This document shows, one piece after another, positions 30,450-39,779 of a DNA stretch of 64,000 nt. The stretch covers positions 73,277 to 137,276 of the forward strand of contig CAJWLU010000010.1 of NCBI GenBank assembly GCA_913043225.1, in the 5' to 3' direction. This DNA is from an uncultured Acidobacteriota bacterium (GTDB lineage Bacteria > Acidobacteriota > Vicinamibacteria > Vicinamibacterales > UBA8438). A program made the translations under genes and the position numbers. Position 1 is the stretch's first letter; the number at the start of each line of letters is the position of its first letter. Under the pieces are notes generated by a model. That model was not told the origin of the DNA, searched no databases, and worked only from the letters and a program-made list of their open reading frames with translations.

Positions 30450-32282
30450 ATGGTCTACCATCCTCGGATGCGCGTGCGAGCCCTTCCGGCGCTGGTCCTG
30501 GCGCTCGTCGCGGCGGCGCTCGTCCGCCCCTCGGCGACGCCAGAGCTTGGCCCGGTGGCCGCCCGATGGGTCAGTTCGACGCTGGACGGCATGACGCTTG
30601 ACCAGAAGATCGGTCAGCTACTCATGCCGTCGTTCCGCACCACCTACTTCAGTAACGACAGTGACCGCCACGACCGGCTCGTGTCGCTCGTGCGTGAACA
30701 GCACGTTGGCGGTTTTCTGCTCTTCGCCGGCCGGTTGCCCGCCCCGAACGTCCTGCTCGGCGGTGGCTATCCGCGCGGTGTTCCTGGCCAGCCGCTGGCG
30801 GCCGCATCCACTAACAATCGATTGCAGGCCGAGTCGGCGCTCCCGCTGCTCAACGCGGCCGACTTCGAGACCGGCGTCGGTTTCCGGATTGGTGGGGCCA
30901 CGACTTTTCCCCGCGCCATGGCGTTCGGCGCCGCGGGTGACGAAGCCCTTGCGGTGGAGGCCGGGCGGATCACGGCGCTCGAAGCGCGCGCCCTTGGCGT
31001 GCACGTGAACTTCGCGCCGGTGGCTGACGTCAACAACAACCCGCGCAACCCGGTTATCAACACCCGCTCGTTCGGCGAGAATCCGGATGTTGTATCGCGG
31101 CTTGCTTCTGCCTATGTCCGCGGCCTGCAGGACGGGGGTATGGTGGCCACGCTCAAGCACTTTCCGGGGCATGGCGACACCGACGTTGACTCGCATCTCG
31201 GCCTGCCGCTAATTCCGCATCCTCGCGCGCGGCTTGAACGGATCGAGCTGCCGCCGTTCCGGGCTGGCATCGCCGCGGGCGCCGGGGCGGTCATGACCTC
31301 GCACATCGAGCTTCCCGGGCTTGACCCGGAGCCCTCTCGTCCCGCCACTCTTAGCCCGCCCGTAGTCACGGGGCTCCTCCGTAACACGCTTGGGTTCGAC
31401 GGACTGATCTATACCGACTCGATGCGGATGCGCGCGGTGACCGAGCTCGCTTCGCCTGGTGTGGCCGCGGTGCAGGCCGTGGTTGCGGGTCACGATGTGG
31501 TCATCCACTCGCCGGATGACGTGGTGGCGTTCGACGCGCTCAAGGCCGCCGCCGAGGATGGCACCATCTCCGAGGCACGCCTCGATCGATCTGTCCGGCG
31601 CATTCTCGAGGCCAAGGCAGCGCTGGGGCTCCACGGTAGCCGGCGGGTCAGTCTCGATCAAGTGCCGGACCTGGTCGGCAGCCGCGCCCATCGTGAGGTC
31701 GCGGCCGAGGTGAGTCGGCGTGGCATCACGCTGCTGAAGGACGAGCGCGGGAGCGTACCACTACGGGTGCCTCGGGACGCGTCGGTGCTCTATCTTTCGG
31801 TGGTCGACTATCCAACCGGTTGGGGGCATGGCGCGCCAAGCGCCACGTTTTTACCAGAGCTTCGCGCCCGCTGGGATGACGTGACGGCGATGGAGCTGTC
31901 CGACCGGACCACGTCCGGCGAACTAGCCGTGGTGCGGGCCGACCTCGGTGCCTACGACGCGGTGGTGGCGTCGGTGTTCGTCCGGACCGCGTCCTACAGC
32001 GGCCGCATGGATCTCGAGTCCCAGCTGCAGGATTTCCTCCGCACGGTGGCCCGCCGCACCGAGGTGCGCGATGTCCCGTTCGTTACCGTGTTCTTCGGGA
32101 ACCCGTATGCCGCCACCTTCATGCCCGAGCTGCCGGCAACGCTACTAACCTACGATTTCTACACGCTTGCTGAGACCAGCGCTGTTCGCGCGATCACCGG
32201 CGAGGCGCCCATTACCGGCCGGCTCCCGATCGCGCTTGGCGAGTATCCGATTGGCCACGGCCTGACCCGTGCTGCCCGGTGA
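30450..32282 (+). CDS. GH3 beta-N-acetylhexosaminidase (NagZ/NagA-like), secreted
   Basis: KHFPGHGDTDVDSH motif, RSFGE, TDSMRM, C-terminal GH3 domain. Confidence 0.92.
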   Translation: MVYHPRMRVRALPALVLALVAAALVRPSATPELGPVAARWVSSTLDGMTLDQKIGQLLMPSFRTTYFSNDSDRHDRLVSLVREQHVGGFLLFAGRLPAPNVLLGGGYPRGVPGQPLAAASTNNRLQAESALPLLNAADFETGVGFRIGGATTFPRAMAFGAAGDEALAVEAGRITALEARALGVHVNFAPVADVNNNPRNPVINTRSFGENPDVVSRLASAYVRGLQDGGMVATLKHFPGHGDTDVDSHLGLPLIPHPRARLERIELPPFRAGIAAGAGAVMTSHIELPGLDPEPSRPATLSPPVVTGLLRNTLGFDGLIYTDSMRMRAVTELASPGVAAVQAVVAGHDVVIHSPDDVVAFDALKAAAEDGTISEARLDRSVRRILEAKAALGLHGSRRVSLDQVPDLVGSRAHREVAAEVSRRGITLLKDERGSVPLRVPRDASVLYLSVVDYPTGWGHGAPSATFLPELRARWDDVTAMELSDRTTSGELAVVRADLGAYDAVVASVFVRTASYSGRMDLESQLQDFLRTVARRTEVRDVPFVTVFFGNPYAATFMPELPATLLTYDFYTLAETSAVRAITGEAPITGRLPIALGEYPIGHGLTRAAR

Positions 32283-32308
32283 CGGCGTTGCCCTGACCAA
32301 GGAGACCG

Positions 32309-32668
32309 ATGAGGACACCGGCGACCATCTACCACAACCCGCATTGAAGTACCTCCGCCTATGCCTTGGCGGTCGCCAAGGACAACGGGGTGCCGTACCA
32401 CACCATTCTCTACATGAAGGAGAAGCCGGATCGGACGCAGCTCGAGGCGCTGGTCGGCATGCTCGAAGATCCCGTCGAGGATCTCGTGCGGAAGGACTCG
32501 AAGTTCAAGAAGCTTGGGCTTGATCCGGCTGACTACGAAGGGAACGCTGCCGCGGTGGTGGCTGTGCTGGAGCGTCATCCGGCGCTGCTCCAGCGCCCGG
32601 TCATCGTGCGCGGTGGTAAGGCGATCGTCGGACGTCCGCGTGACCGGGTGCCGGCGTTCCTGAGCTGA
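32309..32668 (+). CDS. arsC: ArsC/Spx-family arsenate reductase-like selenoprotein (Sec at the catalytic position)
   Basis: AAGGAG RBS and ATG 32309 give MRTPATIYHNPH-[TGA 32345]-STSAYALAVAKD..LVRK..LLQRPVI..IVGRP. The TGA aligns with the Cys of the ArsC YHNPxC motif. Confidence 0.88.
32364..32381 (+). promoter_or_regulatory. Putative bacterial SECIS element
   Basis: Perfect 7-bp hairpin CCTTGGC-GGTC-GCCAAGG with a G-led apical loop, starting 16 nt after the in-frame UGA. Confidence 0.8.
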
Positions 32669-32669
32669 C

Positions 32670-33581
32670 CTAGTTCGTGACCGTCACCGTGACGTCGGCG
32701 GTGGCGCCGATGGCACCGTCAGAGGCGAGACACCGCAGCACGTAGGTGCCAGGCTCCTCGAAGACCACCTCGGTGGCCCAGCCGCCGTCGGGCGGCGGCT
32801 CCGGCGTCTGCCAGCCCGGCGACCATGGGGAGTTGGCGCCGGCCCGGGTATCCTCCCAGGTCTTGGCTTGCACCGGCTCGAAGGCTATATCCCCGTCTCC
32901 ACGATAGACGAACCAGGAGACCCGTAGTCCGGTGGCGCTGCCCACGGTGACCTGCACCGGCGGGCGCCAGGGGTTGCGGCTGCGACGACGCTCTGCCGGT
33001 ACGCCATCGTCGATGGCCACCGCCAGCAGAGGAAGCGGTTCACCCACTCGCACGGAGTGGGTGCGCGGACCTTCGACTCTGAGGACCGGCGGCGTGTTAG
33101 CTCGGATGGTCGCGTCACTCCGGCCGGCGCCTAGCGCTCCCTGTTCGGAGGCCTGCACCAGGTAGTCCACGTAGTAGTCCTGCCGCAGGGTGGCGAACGC
33201 CTGCTCGGCCTGGCCTGCGGTGATCAGCGTCCAGATCATCTCGTCGTCCTCGGTGAAGCCAGGCGGCACCGGCACCTTGAAGACGAAGCGGTTGCGGCGT
33301 GGAAGGAAGTGCGTTGGTTGACCCAAGTCGGGACCACCTGGCTCGAAGTGGTTGTTTGGCCCCACCGGCACGTCGAGCTCTTCTTCCCAGTTCCGGTTCA
33401 TGTAGCCGAAGAGGAAGAAGCGGTTTCCCTGCTCGTCTTCCTCCCAGCCTTCGTAGGCGGGGAAGACATTCTGGCCGTGCTGGTAGTTGGGTCGGGTCTG
33501 GGCGCTGACGGTTGTGGCGACCAGGACCAGCCCCAGTGCCAGCGTTTGGCCCCGCCGCCGGTCTCTCGGTTGCGAGCTCAC
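32670..33581 (-). CDS. Secreted hypothetical protein with Ig/PKD-like C-terminus
   Basis: Signal peptide; GQNVFPAYEGW, FGYMNRN, GQPTHFLPRRNRF, FEEPGTYVLR. Probably co-transcribed with the upstream heme/Cu protein. Confidence 0.8.
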   Translation of the reverse strand: MSSQPRDRRRGQTLALGLVLVATTVSAQTRPNYQHGQNVFPAYEGWEEDEQGNRFFLFGYMNRNWEEELDVPVGPNNHFEPGGPDLGQPTHFLPRRNRFVFKVPVPPGFTEDDEMIWTLITAGQAEQAFATLRQDYYVDYLVQASEQGALGAGRSDATIRANTPPVLRVEGPRTHSVRVGEPLPLLAVAIDDGVPAERRRSRNPWRPPVQVTVGSATGLRVSWFVYRGDGDIAFEPVQAKTWEDTRAGANSPWSPGWQTPEPPPDGGWATEVVFEEPGTYVLRCLASDGAIGATADVTVTVTN

Positions 33582-33605
33582 GAGCAGACTCTTTCTTCCC
33601 CCTGA

Positions 33606-35087
33606 CTACTGGCGGGACGCCTGGCCGTCGGCCTCGTTCTCATTGTCCTCTTCCTCAGACGTGGCGGTCGGTCGCCGGTTGTACTCCTCTGGCAACTGGA
33701 TGTCGTCGAAGGGACAGAGCGGACAGCCCAGCGTGTGATCGTTGGGTCCCAGCCCGAGCTTCTCGCGTCGCTCGGCCATCTCGGCGATGAACTGCTCGTC
33801 GGTCAGCGCCACGCCCAGCCCGAGGTCGATGAACATGTTGGTCACTGACCGGTTGCCAGAGCCTTGCCAGTTGCGCGGGTCTGGCACGTTTCGGTTGGTT
33901 GGCGAGTTGTCCATGTAGCCGGTGATGTGGAGGATGGTCCCCTTCGGCAGTAGCGGCGCGTAGTCATCGTGGTACTCGTAGGTGCGCACCCAGTTATGGT
34001 CGTAGCCCGCGCAAGTAAGCGTCTCGATGTTCATGCCCCAGATCGCTTCCAGGCACATCCGCTCGCCGGGGGCGTGCAGATGTGGCTCGAAGCTGGTGAT
34101 CTTCTGGTTCTGCTGGAGCACCGAGTAGGCATGCAACTCTTGGTCGGCCTGCATTCCGCGAATGTCGATGTCGAGCCCATTACCCAGCCCACGGCCCACC
34201 CGACGGTATTCTGGCTCGTAGCCCAGCGGGTGGAACTTCCAGCCGATCTTCAGATGGCCAGTGGTGTCTGTGCCGTTCGAGTGGACGTGAAGCGAGTTGG
34301 AGACGACGCTGGAATTGGCGGCCAGTAGCCGTCCCGCTTTCGGGTCGAGGAAGTCGGCATTGCGGCCCACTTCGTGAATCGGCCACGACGTTCTCGTCTG
34401 GCGGTCGGGGTCTTGGACCGGCACGCCATTCTCGTCCATGACCTGAGTCGCCCAGATCATGTGGTGATAGATGAAGCGGCCGCCCACCGTGTCGCGTGCC
34501 TGAGACGGATCGAAATCGTTGAACTCCTTGAACTCGAGGGCCGCCACGTAGCGGTCCTCTGTGTTGCCGATAGGAGTGGTCTCGATCTCACCCCACCAGT
34601 CTGGGGCATCGCCCGGCATGGTGATGTCGGGCAGCGTCGTGATCAGGTCCGGCTCGCCGATGGCCCAGGCCGCGGTGCTCCAGTTGATCGGCTCGGGCAG
34701 GTCGGCCGGGTTGCCCTCGGGCGCGCCAGTATCGGCCCAGGTCGCGATCTTGGCAATCTCTTCGTCGGTCAGCGACGGGTCGTTCTTATAGTGCTGAATA
34801 CCGAGGTTCTTCTCGACATACCAAGGCGGCATTACGCCCGCCCGGGGGCCCATGCTGGTCCGCATTTTCATCGCCCGCGCCCACGGCCGGGTCTCGTCGT
34901 AAGTCCGCAGTGCCATCGGCGCCACCGAGTCAGGCCGATGGCATGTCTGACAGCTACGCTGCAGGATCGGCGCGATGTCCCTAGTGAAGGTCACCTCGGC
35001 CTGCGCGACCGGGGTCTGTGCGAGACTAGCGGCGCCCGGCGCGAGCGTGAGCAGGGTAACGACACAGGTCAGAGTGCGGTTGGTCAT
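33606..35087 (-). CDS. Secreted c-type heme protein fused to a copper type II ascorbate-dependent monooxygenase-like (PHM/DBH) domain
   Basis: Signal peptide, CQTCH, MPPW; then YHHM, LHVH, PHLH and a C-terminal Met (VTNMF). Confidence 0.7.
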   Translation of the reverse strand: MTNRTLTCVVTLLTLAPGAASLAQTPVAQAEVTFTRDIAPILQRSCQTCHRPDSVAPMALRTYDETRPWARAMKMRTSMGPRAGVMPPWYVEKNLGIQHYKNDPSLTDEEIAKIATWADTGAPEGNPADLPEPINWSTAAWAIGEPDLITTLPDITMPGDAPDWWGEIETTPIGNTEDRYVAALEFKEFNDFDPSQARDTVGGRFIYHHMIWATQVMDENGVPVQDPDRQTRTSWPIHEVGRNADFLDPKAGRLLAANSSVVSNSLHVHSNGTDTTGHLKIGWKFHPLGYEPEYRRVGRGLGNGLDIDIRGMQADQELHAYSVLQQNQKITSFEPHLHAPGERMCLEAIWGMNIETLTCAGYDHNWVRTYEYHDDYAPLLPKGTILHITGYMDNSPTNRNVPDPRNWQGSGNRSVTNMFIDLGLGVALTDEQFIAEMAERREKLGLGPNDHTLGCPLCPFDDIQLPEEYNRRPTATSEEEDNENEADGQASRQ

Positions 35088-35179
35088 GAAGGCTCTCCGG
35101 CTAGTCGAACAGGATCAACTTCGAATCATATACGACCCGCCAGGGTGGCCTGGTGACGAAAACCCGTCGGCCCCCTGAG

Positions 35180-35188
35180 TGCTATACT
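35180..35188 (+). promoter_or_regulatory. Extended -10 promoter element for tRNA-Arg
   Basis: TGcTATACT about 35 nt upstream of the tRNA 5' end. Confidence 0.5.
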
Positions 35189-35223
35189 CTCAACCCCGTG
35201 CCGGCGCCAGCCGGTCTCACTAA

Positions 35224-35300
35224 GCGCCCTTAGCTCAGCTGGATAGAGCGTCTGGCTACGAACCAGAAGGTCGCAGGTTCGAATCCTGCAGGGCGCGCCA
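35224..35300 (+). tRNA. tRNA-Arg (ACG)
   Basis: Full 77-nt cloverleaf: GCGCCCT/AGGGCGC acceptor, TCTGG-CTACGAA-CCAGA anticodon arm, TTCGAAT T-loop, encoded CCA. Confidence 0.98.
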
Positions 35301-35728
35301 TTCTTTTCAATAACTTACGGGGATCGGTGTCGGCGGGTCGTGCGAAGACACCCCCAGAGTCGCGCCCGAAGCACCGGAAGTCCGATGGCCTGTCCTCTCA
35401 ATCGGGTACCGCGAAGACGAACAAGTTGTTCCGGTTACGCCTTTTCTTTGCTGTGTCGCCTGTTGAGACCAGTCGGCAGACCGACACCGCCACCGGTCTC
35501 CCGACCGTAACGCCTTTGAGGGCGCGTTCGATGACTCCTCGCCCAACTCGCCGATTTCACACCGGACAGGGCAGCCACGTCGTCTCAACTTGACAGAGCC
35601 TTCCGCCGCCAAGGACTTGCCACCGGGCTCCGAATTGCGCGATCCTTCATTATTAGTTTTACGAATCGGTAGCGAAATTCAGGGTGCAGCTGACTTTCCT
35701 GCGTTGTTGCCACGAGCGAGGTACGACT

Positions 35729-37219
35729 ATGCGCACGAAAGGCGTGGTGGGCGTCGTTGCAATTGTGCTCTCGGCCGTCGGCCTGGGTTCGGCCGGCGCG
35801 GAGCCTCGATTGATTGACGCGGCGAAGCGCTCGGACGTCGCCGCCGTCCGCGCGCTGGTACAGCAGGGGCTGGATGTGAACGTGCGTGCCGGCGACGGAG
35901 CAACGGCCCTTCACTGGGCTGCCTATCGGGGTCGGGCGGATCTCATTCAGCTGCTGATCGAGTCGGACGCAGCGGTGAATGTCACCAACGATCTGGGCGT
36001 TACGCCGCTGTGGGTCGCGGCGAGCGTTCGGGGTACAGCCACCGTTGAAGCGTTGCTCGCGGCGGGCGCTGAGCCGGATCTCGTGCCGCCCACCGGCGAA
36101 ACGCCACTCATGATCGCAGCGCGCATGGGCAACCTCGAGGCGCTCACGCAGCTGATCGCCCACGGCGCGGACATCAACGCCGCGGAGGCCGCTCGGGGCC
36201 AGACAGCGCTGATGTGGGCGACCTCGCAGCGGCAGCCACAGGCGGCCAAACTGCTCATCGACGCGGGCGCCGGCGTGAATGACCGGACCGTGGCCTCCAA
36301 GCGGTTCGTTCAGTTGTGCTGCTCTGAATACAACGGAGACGTCCGGGGGACTGCGTGGGTGGACCACGGTGGATTCACAGCGCTCTTGTTCGCGGCTCGG
36401 GAAGGAAGCGTCGAATCCGCGGAGTACCTGCTGGCCGCCGGCGCCAACGTGAACGACAGCGGCGCGGACGGCTCGACTGCCCTGGCTGTGGCGGCACTCA
36501 GCGGCCAGACAGCAGTCGCGGAGCTGCTCATCGAGCACGGAGCCGATCTGAACGCCGCCGGCGGTGGGTATGCGCCCCTGCACGCGACCGTACTGCGGGG
36601 CGATCTGGACCTTGCCGCGTCGCTCTTGGCGCGCGGCGCGGACGTGAATGCTCGGCTGACTCGCGCAACCCAGTCGCGGCGGTCTCTGAATGACTACGCC
36701 TTCGACCGGAAGTTGATCGGCGCGACGCCGTTCATGGTGGCCGCCAGAGACGGCGAAGCGGCGTTCATGCGTGTTTTCGCCGCGGCAGGCGCCGACACAT
36801 CGATGGGACTGCGTGACGGTGCGCCACCGCTTGCGGTGGCCGCGCGCGGGGAGCAGCATTTCGTGACCGCCCGGACAGGCGGCGTCGGGGAACCGAGTCC
36901 GCGCGTGCTTGACCAGCGGGCGCTGGCGGCTGTGAAGGTGGTGGTCGACCTCGGCGCGGACGTGAACGCTGCGGATCGGTCGGGCAACAGCGCGATGCAC
37001 GTGGCCGCCGAGAGACGCTTCGAGGGCGTCATCCGGTTCCTGGCGGAGCAGGGTGCTCACGTGGACGTCAAGAACCAGCTCGGCGACACCCCGCTGGCGC
37101 TGGCGCTTCGCCCGCTCCCACCGCCCCCCGGCTCCGTGGTCGTGGCGCAAGGCGTGGAGAGGGTCGACGACGGACCGAGGATCGCGGAAGTCCTTCGCAG
37201 CCTCGGTGCGAAGCAGTGA
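35729..37219 (+). CDS. Secreted ankyrin-repeat protein
   Basis: Signal peptide; many G.TALH/TPL..AA..G...LL..GADVN repeats. Confidence 0.92.
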   Translation: MRTKGVVGVVAIVLSAVGLGSAGAEPRLIDAAKRSDVAAVRALVQQGLDVNVRAGDGATALHWAAYRGRADLIQLLIESDAAVNVTNDLGVTPLWVAASVRGTATVEALLAAGAEPDLVPPTGETPLMIAARMGNLEALTQLIAHGADINAAEAARGQTALMWATSQRQPQAAKLLIDAGAGVNDRTVASKRFVQLCCSEYNGDVRGTAWVDHGGFTALLFAAREGSVESAEYLLAAGANVNDSGADGSTALAVAALSGQTAVAELLIEHGADLNAAGGGYAPLHATVLRGDLDLAASLLARGADVNARLTRATQSRRSLNDYAFDRKLIGATPFMVAARDGEAAFMRVFAAAGADTSMGLRDGAPPLAVAARGEQHFVTARTGGVGEPSPRVLDQRALAAVKVVVDLGADVNAADRSGNSAMHVAAERRFEGVIRFLAEQGAHVDVKNQLGDTPLALALRPLPPPPGSVVVAQGVERVDDGPRIAEVLRSLGAKQ

Positions 37220-37226
37220 CCGTATC

Positions 37227-39752
37227 ATGACGAGAAGAGCCATGGGCTGGAAGACATCCCTTGTCGTCGTCACCGCCGCCGGCTGCCTGCTGAGTCCGCT
37301 GGCCGGTGGACGCATTCGCGCGGCAGGCTCGAATGCCGCTCAGAGCGCCGCGGCGGCGGCTGAGGACCACCGCGGCCTGCTCGATCGGTATTGCGTGAGC
37401 TGTCACAACGAGCGTCTGCTCACAGGCGGGCTTGCGCTCGATACGGCGGACGTGGCCAGGGCGGGCGCCGAGCCCGAGGTCTGGGAGCGTGTCATCCGGA
37501 AACTGCGTCTCAACGCGATGCCGCCGCCCGGTCGGCCGCGACCCGACGCTGATGCGACCCAGGCGCTCGTCTCGTTCCTGAAGACGGAGATCGATCAGGC
37601 AGCGGCCGCGAATCCCAATCCCGGGAGAGTCGACACCATTCACCGGCTGAATCGCGCCGAGTACAAGAACGCCATCCGCGACCTCTTGCTGGTGGACGTC
37701 GACGTCACCTCGCTGCTGCCGGCGGACGACAGCGACCGCCACGGTTTCGACAACATGGCCAGCATGCTGTCCGTTTCGCCGACGCTCATCGAGCGGTACC
37801 TCTCGGCTGCGAAGAAGATCAGCCGGGTCGCCGTCGGGGTCGCGAGCGGCGGGACGTCGCGCCAGACGTACCAGGCGGTCGCCTACGAGGTCCCCGAGGA
37901 CTGGACCAACGCCAGCGACGAGCTGCCGTTCGGATCGCGCGGTGGGGTGGCCGTGCGCCACACGTTCCCTGTGGACGCCACCTACGAGATCGCGGTGCGG
38001 CTAAAGCGGAACGGCTACGACTACATCATGGGATCGGCCGAACCGCATCAGCTCGAGATCCGCATCGACGGCGTGCGCGTCGGCCAGTTCACCGTCGGGG
38101 GTGAGGACAAGGGCACCCCCGCGCCACTTGGCTTTGCCGGAAACCTCCCGGGATCGCAAGAGTGGGCGCTCTACATGACGACGCTCGACGAGCAATTGCG
38201 GGTCCCCGTACCTGTCACTGCTGGCGCGCATGTCGTGGGCGTGTCATGGGTCTCGCGGACGACTGCGCCGGAAGGTGTCCGTCAACGGCCCGTGACGGTG
38301 AATTCGAACACCCTGACGTGGGACAACCCGTACGGCAATCCGGTGGTCGAGAACATCAAGATCGACGGTCCGTATGACACCTCGGGCGTGTCAGAGACGC
38401 CGAGCCGTCAACGGCTGTTCGTCTGCCGTCCGGAGGGCGCCACAGACGAGGTCGCCTGCGCGCGAGAGATTCTGTCGCGGGTCGCGCTGCGTGCCTACCG
38501 CCGGCCCGTCACCGACGCCGAGGTAGATATACTCGTCGGCTTCTTCGAGGCGGGCCGTGGCACGAGTTTCGACGCTGGCATTGGGCTGGCGCTCGAGCGG
38601 GTCCTCACCGATCCGAACTTCCTGTTCCGCATCGAACAGGATCCAGACAACCTCGGGTCGGGTACGGCGTATCGCCTCAGCGATCTCGAGCTCGCATCGA
38701 GGCTCTCGTTCTTCCTCTGGAGCAGCATTCCCGACGACGAACTCCTCGACCTGGCCGTGCGGGAGCGGTTGCACCAACCGGACGTGCTCGTCCAGCAAGT
38801 GCAGCGCATGGTGGCCGACCCGCGGGCGAGCGCGCTCGTGGAAAACTTCGCGGGCCAGTGGCTGCAGCTACGCAACCTCGCCAACGTCGCACCGAACACC
38901 CGGGCGTTCCGGGCGTTCGACGAGTTGCTGCGCCACTCGCTCCGGCGGGAGACCGAGCTGTTCGTCGAATCCAACATGCGGGAGGACCGGAGCCTGCTCG
39001 AGCTGTTGACTGCAGACTATTCGTTCATCAATGGACGGCTGGCCCGACACTACGGGATCCCAGACGTCTATGGCGAACAGTTCCGGCGCGTCACGTTTTC
39101 CGAAGACACGGACCGTGGCGGGTTGCTCGGCCAGGGCAGCATTCTGACGCTCACGTCCTATCCGACGCGCACGTCACCGGTCGTGCGAGGCAAATGGCTG
39201 CTCGAGAACATTCTGGGAAGTCCGCCCCCGCCCCCGCCGCCTGAAGTCCCTGGTCTGCCAGACAGGGGTGCAGGGGGCCAGCCGGCGTCCGTGCGCGAGC
39301 GGCTCGAGCTGCACCGGGAGAACCCAGTGTGCGCAACGTGTCACTCGCAACTGGATCCCCTCGGGTTCGCGCTCGAACACTTCGACGGCATCGGCACGTT
39401 CCGGAGCGTGAGCGAGGCCGGCGCCCCGGTGGATGCGAAGGGCGCGTTTCCGACCGGCGAGGAGTTCGAAGGGCTTGGAGGACTGCGGTCATTCATCCTC
39501 GGCCACCGTGAAGCGTTCGTGGAGACGTTCATTGAGAAGCTCCTGGCGTACGCCCTGGGGCGCGAGCTCGAAGTCTTTGATTTGCCGACGGTCAGGCAAA
39601 TCCAGCAACAGGCGGCGTCCACCGACTATCGGTGGTCGTCCATCGTCACGGGCATCGTGACGAGCCCGCCATTCGGCATGCGAACGGCACGAGACACCGA
39701 AGAGGCACGAGTGGCAGGATCGACGCCCTCGGCCGGCGGCGCTGTCCGGTAG
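37227..39752 (+). CDS. DUF1592/DUF1588 (PSD/PSCyt) planctomycete cytochrome-c-domain protein
   Basis: CVSCH..MPP, RLNRAEY.NAIRDL, LASRLSFFLWSSIPDDELL, RTSPVVRG, CATCH..DPLGF. Confidence 0.9.
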   Translation: MTRRAMGWKTSLVVVTAAGCLLSPLAGGRIRAAGSNAAQSAAAAAEDHRGLLDRYCVSCHNERLLTGGLALDTADVARAGAEPEVWERVIRKLRLNAMPPPGRPRPDADATQALVSFLKTEIDQAAAANPNPGRVDTIHRLNRAEYKNAIRDLLLVDVDVTSLLPADDSDRHGFDNMASMLSVSPTLIERYLSAAKKISRVAVGVASGGTSRQTYQAVAYEVPEDWTNASDELPFGSRGGVAVRHTFPVDATYEIAVRLKRNGYDYIMGSAEPHQLEIRIDGVRVGQFTVGGEDKGTPAPLGFAGNLPGSQEWALYMTTLDEQLRVPVPVTAGAHVVGVSWVSRTTAPEGVRQRPVTVNSNTLTWDNPYGNPVVENIKIDGPYDTSGVSETPSRQRLFVCRPEGATDEVACAREILSRVALRAYRRPVTDAEVDILVGFFEAGRGTSFDAGIGLALERVLTDPNFLFRIEQDPDNLGSGTAYRLSDLELASRLSFFLWSSIPDDELLDLAVRERLHQPDVLVQQVQRMVADPRASALVENFAGQWLQLRNLANVAPNTRAFRAFDELLRHSLRRETELFVESNMREDRSLLELLTADYSFINGRLARHYGIPDVYGEQFRRVTFSEDTDRGGLLGQGSILTLTSYPTRTSPVVRGKWLLENILGSPPPPPPPEVPGLPDRGAGGQPASVRERLELHRENPVCATCHSQLDPLGFALEHFDGIGTFRSVSEAGAPVDAKGAFPTGEEFEGLGGLRSFILGHREAFVETFIEKLLAYALGRELEVFDLPTVRQIQQQAASTDYRWSSIVTGIVTSPPFGMRTARDTEEARVAGSTPSAGGAVR

Positions 39753-39779
39753 GAGCAACTCGACAGGAGACACTCGGTC

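Noticed and set aside
35585..37315. 576-aa minus-strand ORF and the many other long antisense/shadow ORFs
   Set aside because: These are shadows of real genes, expected in high-GC DNA. They are Arg/Pro-rich with no motifs.
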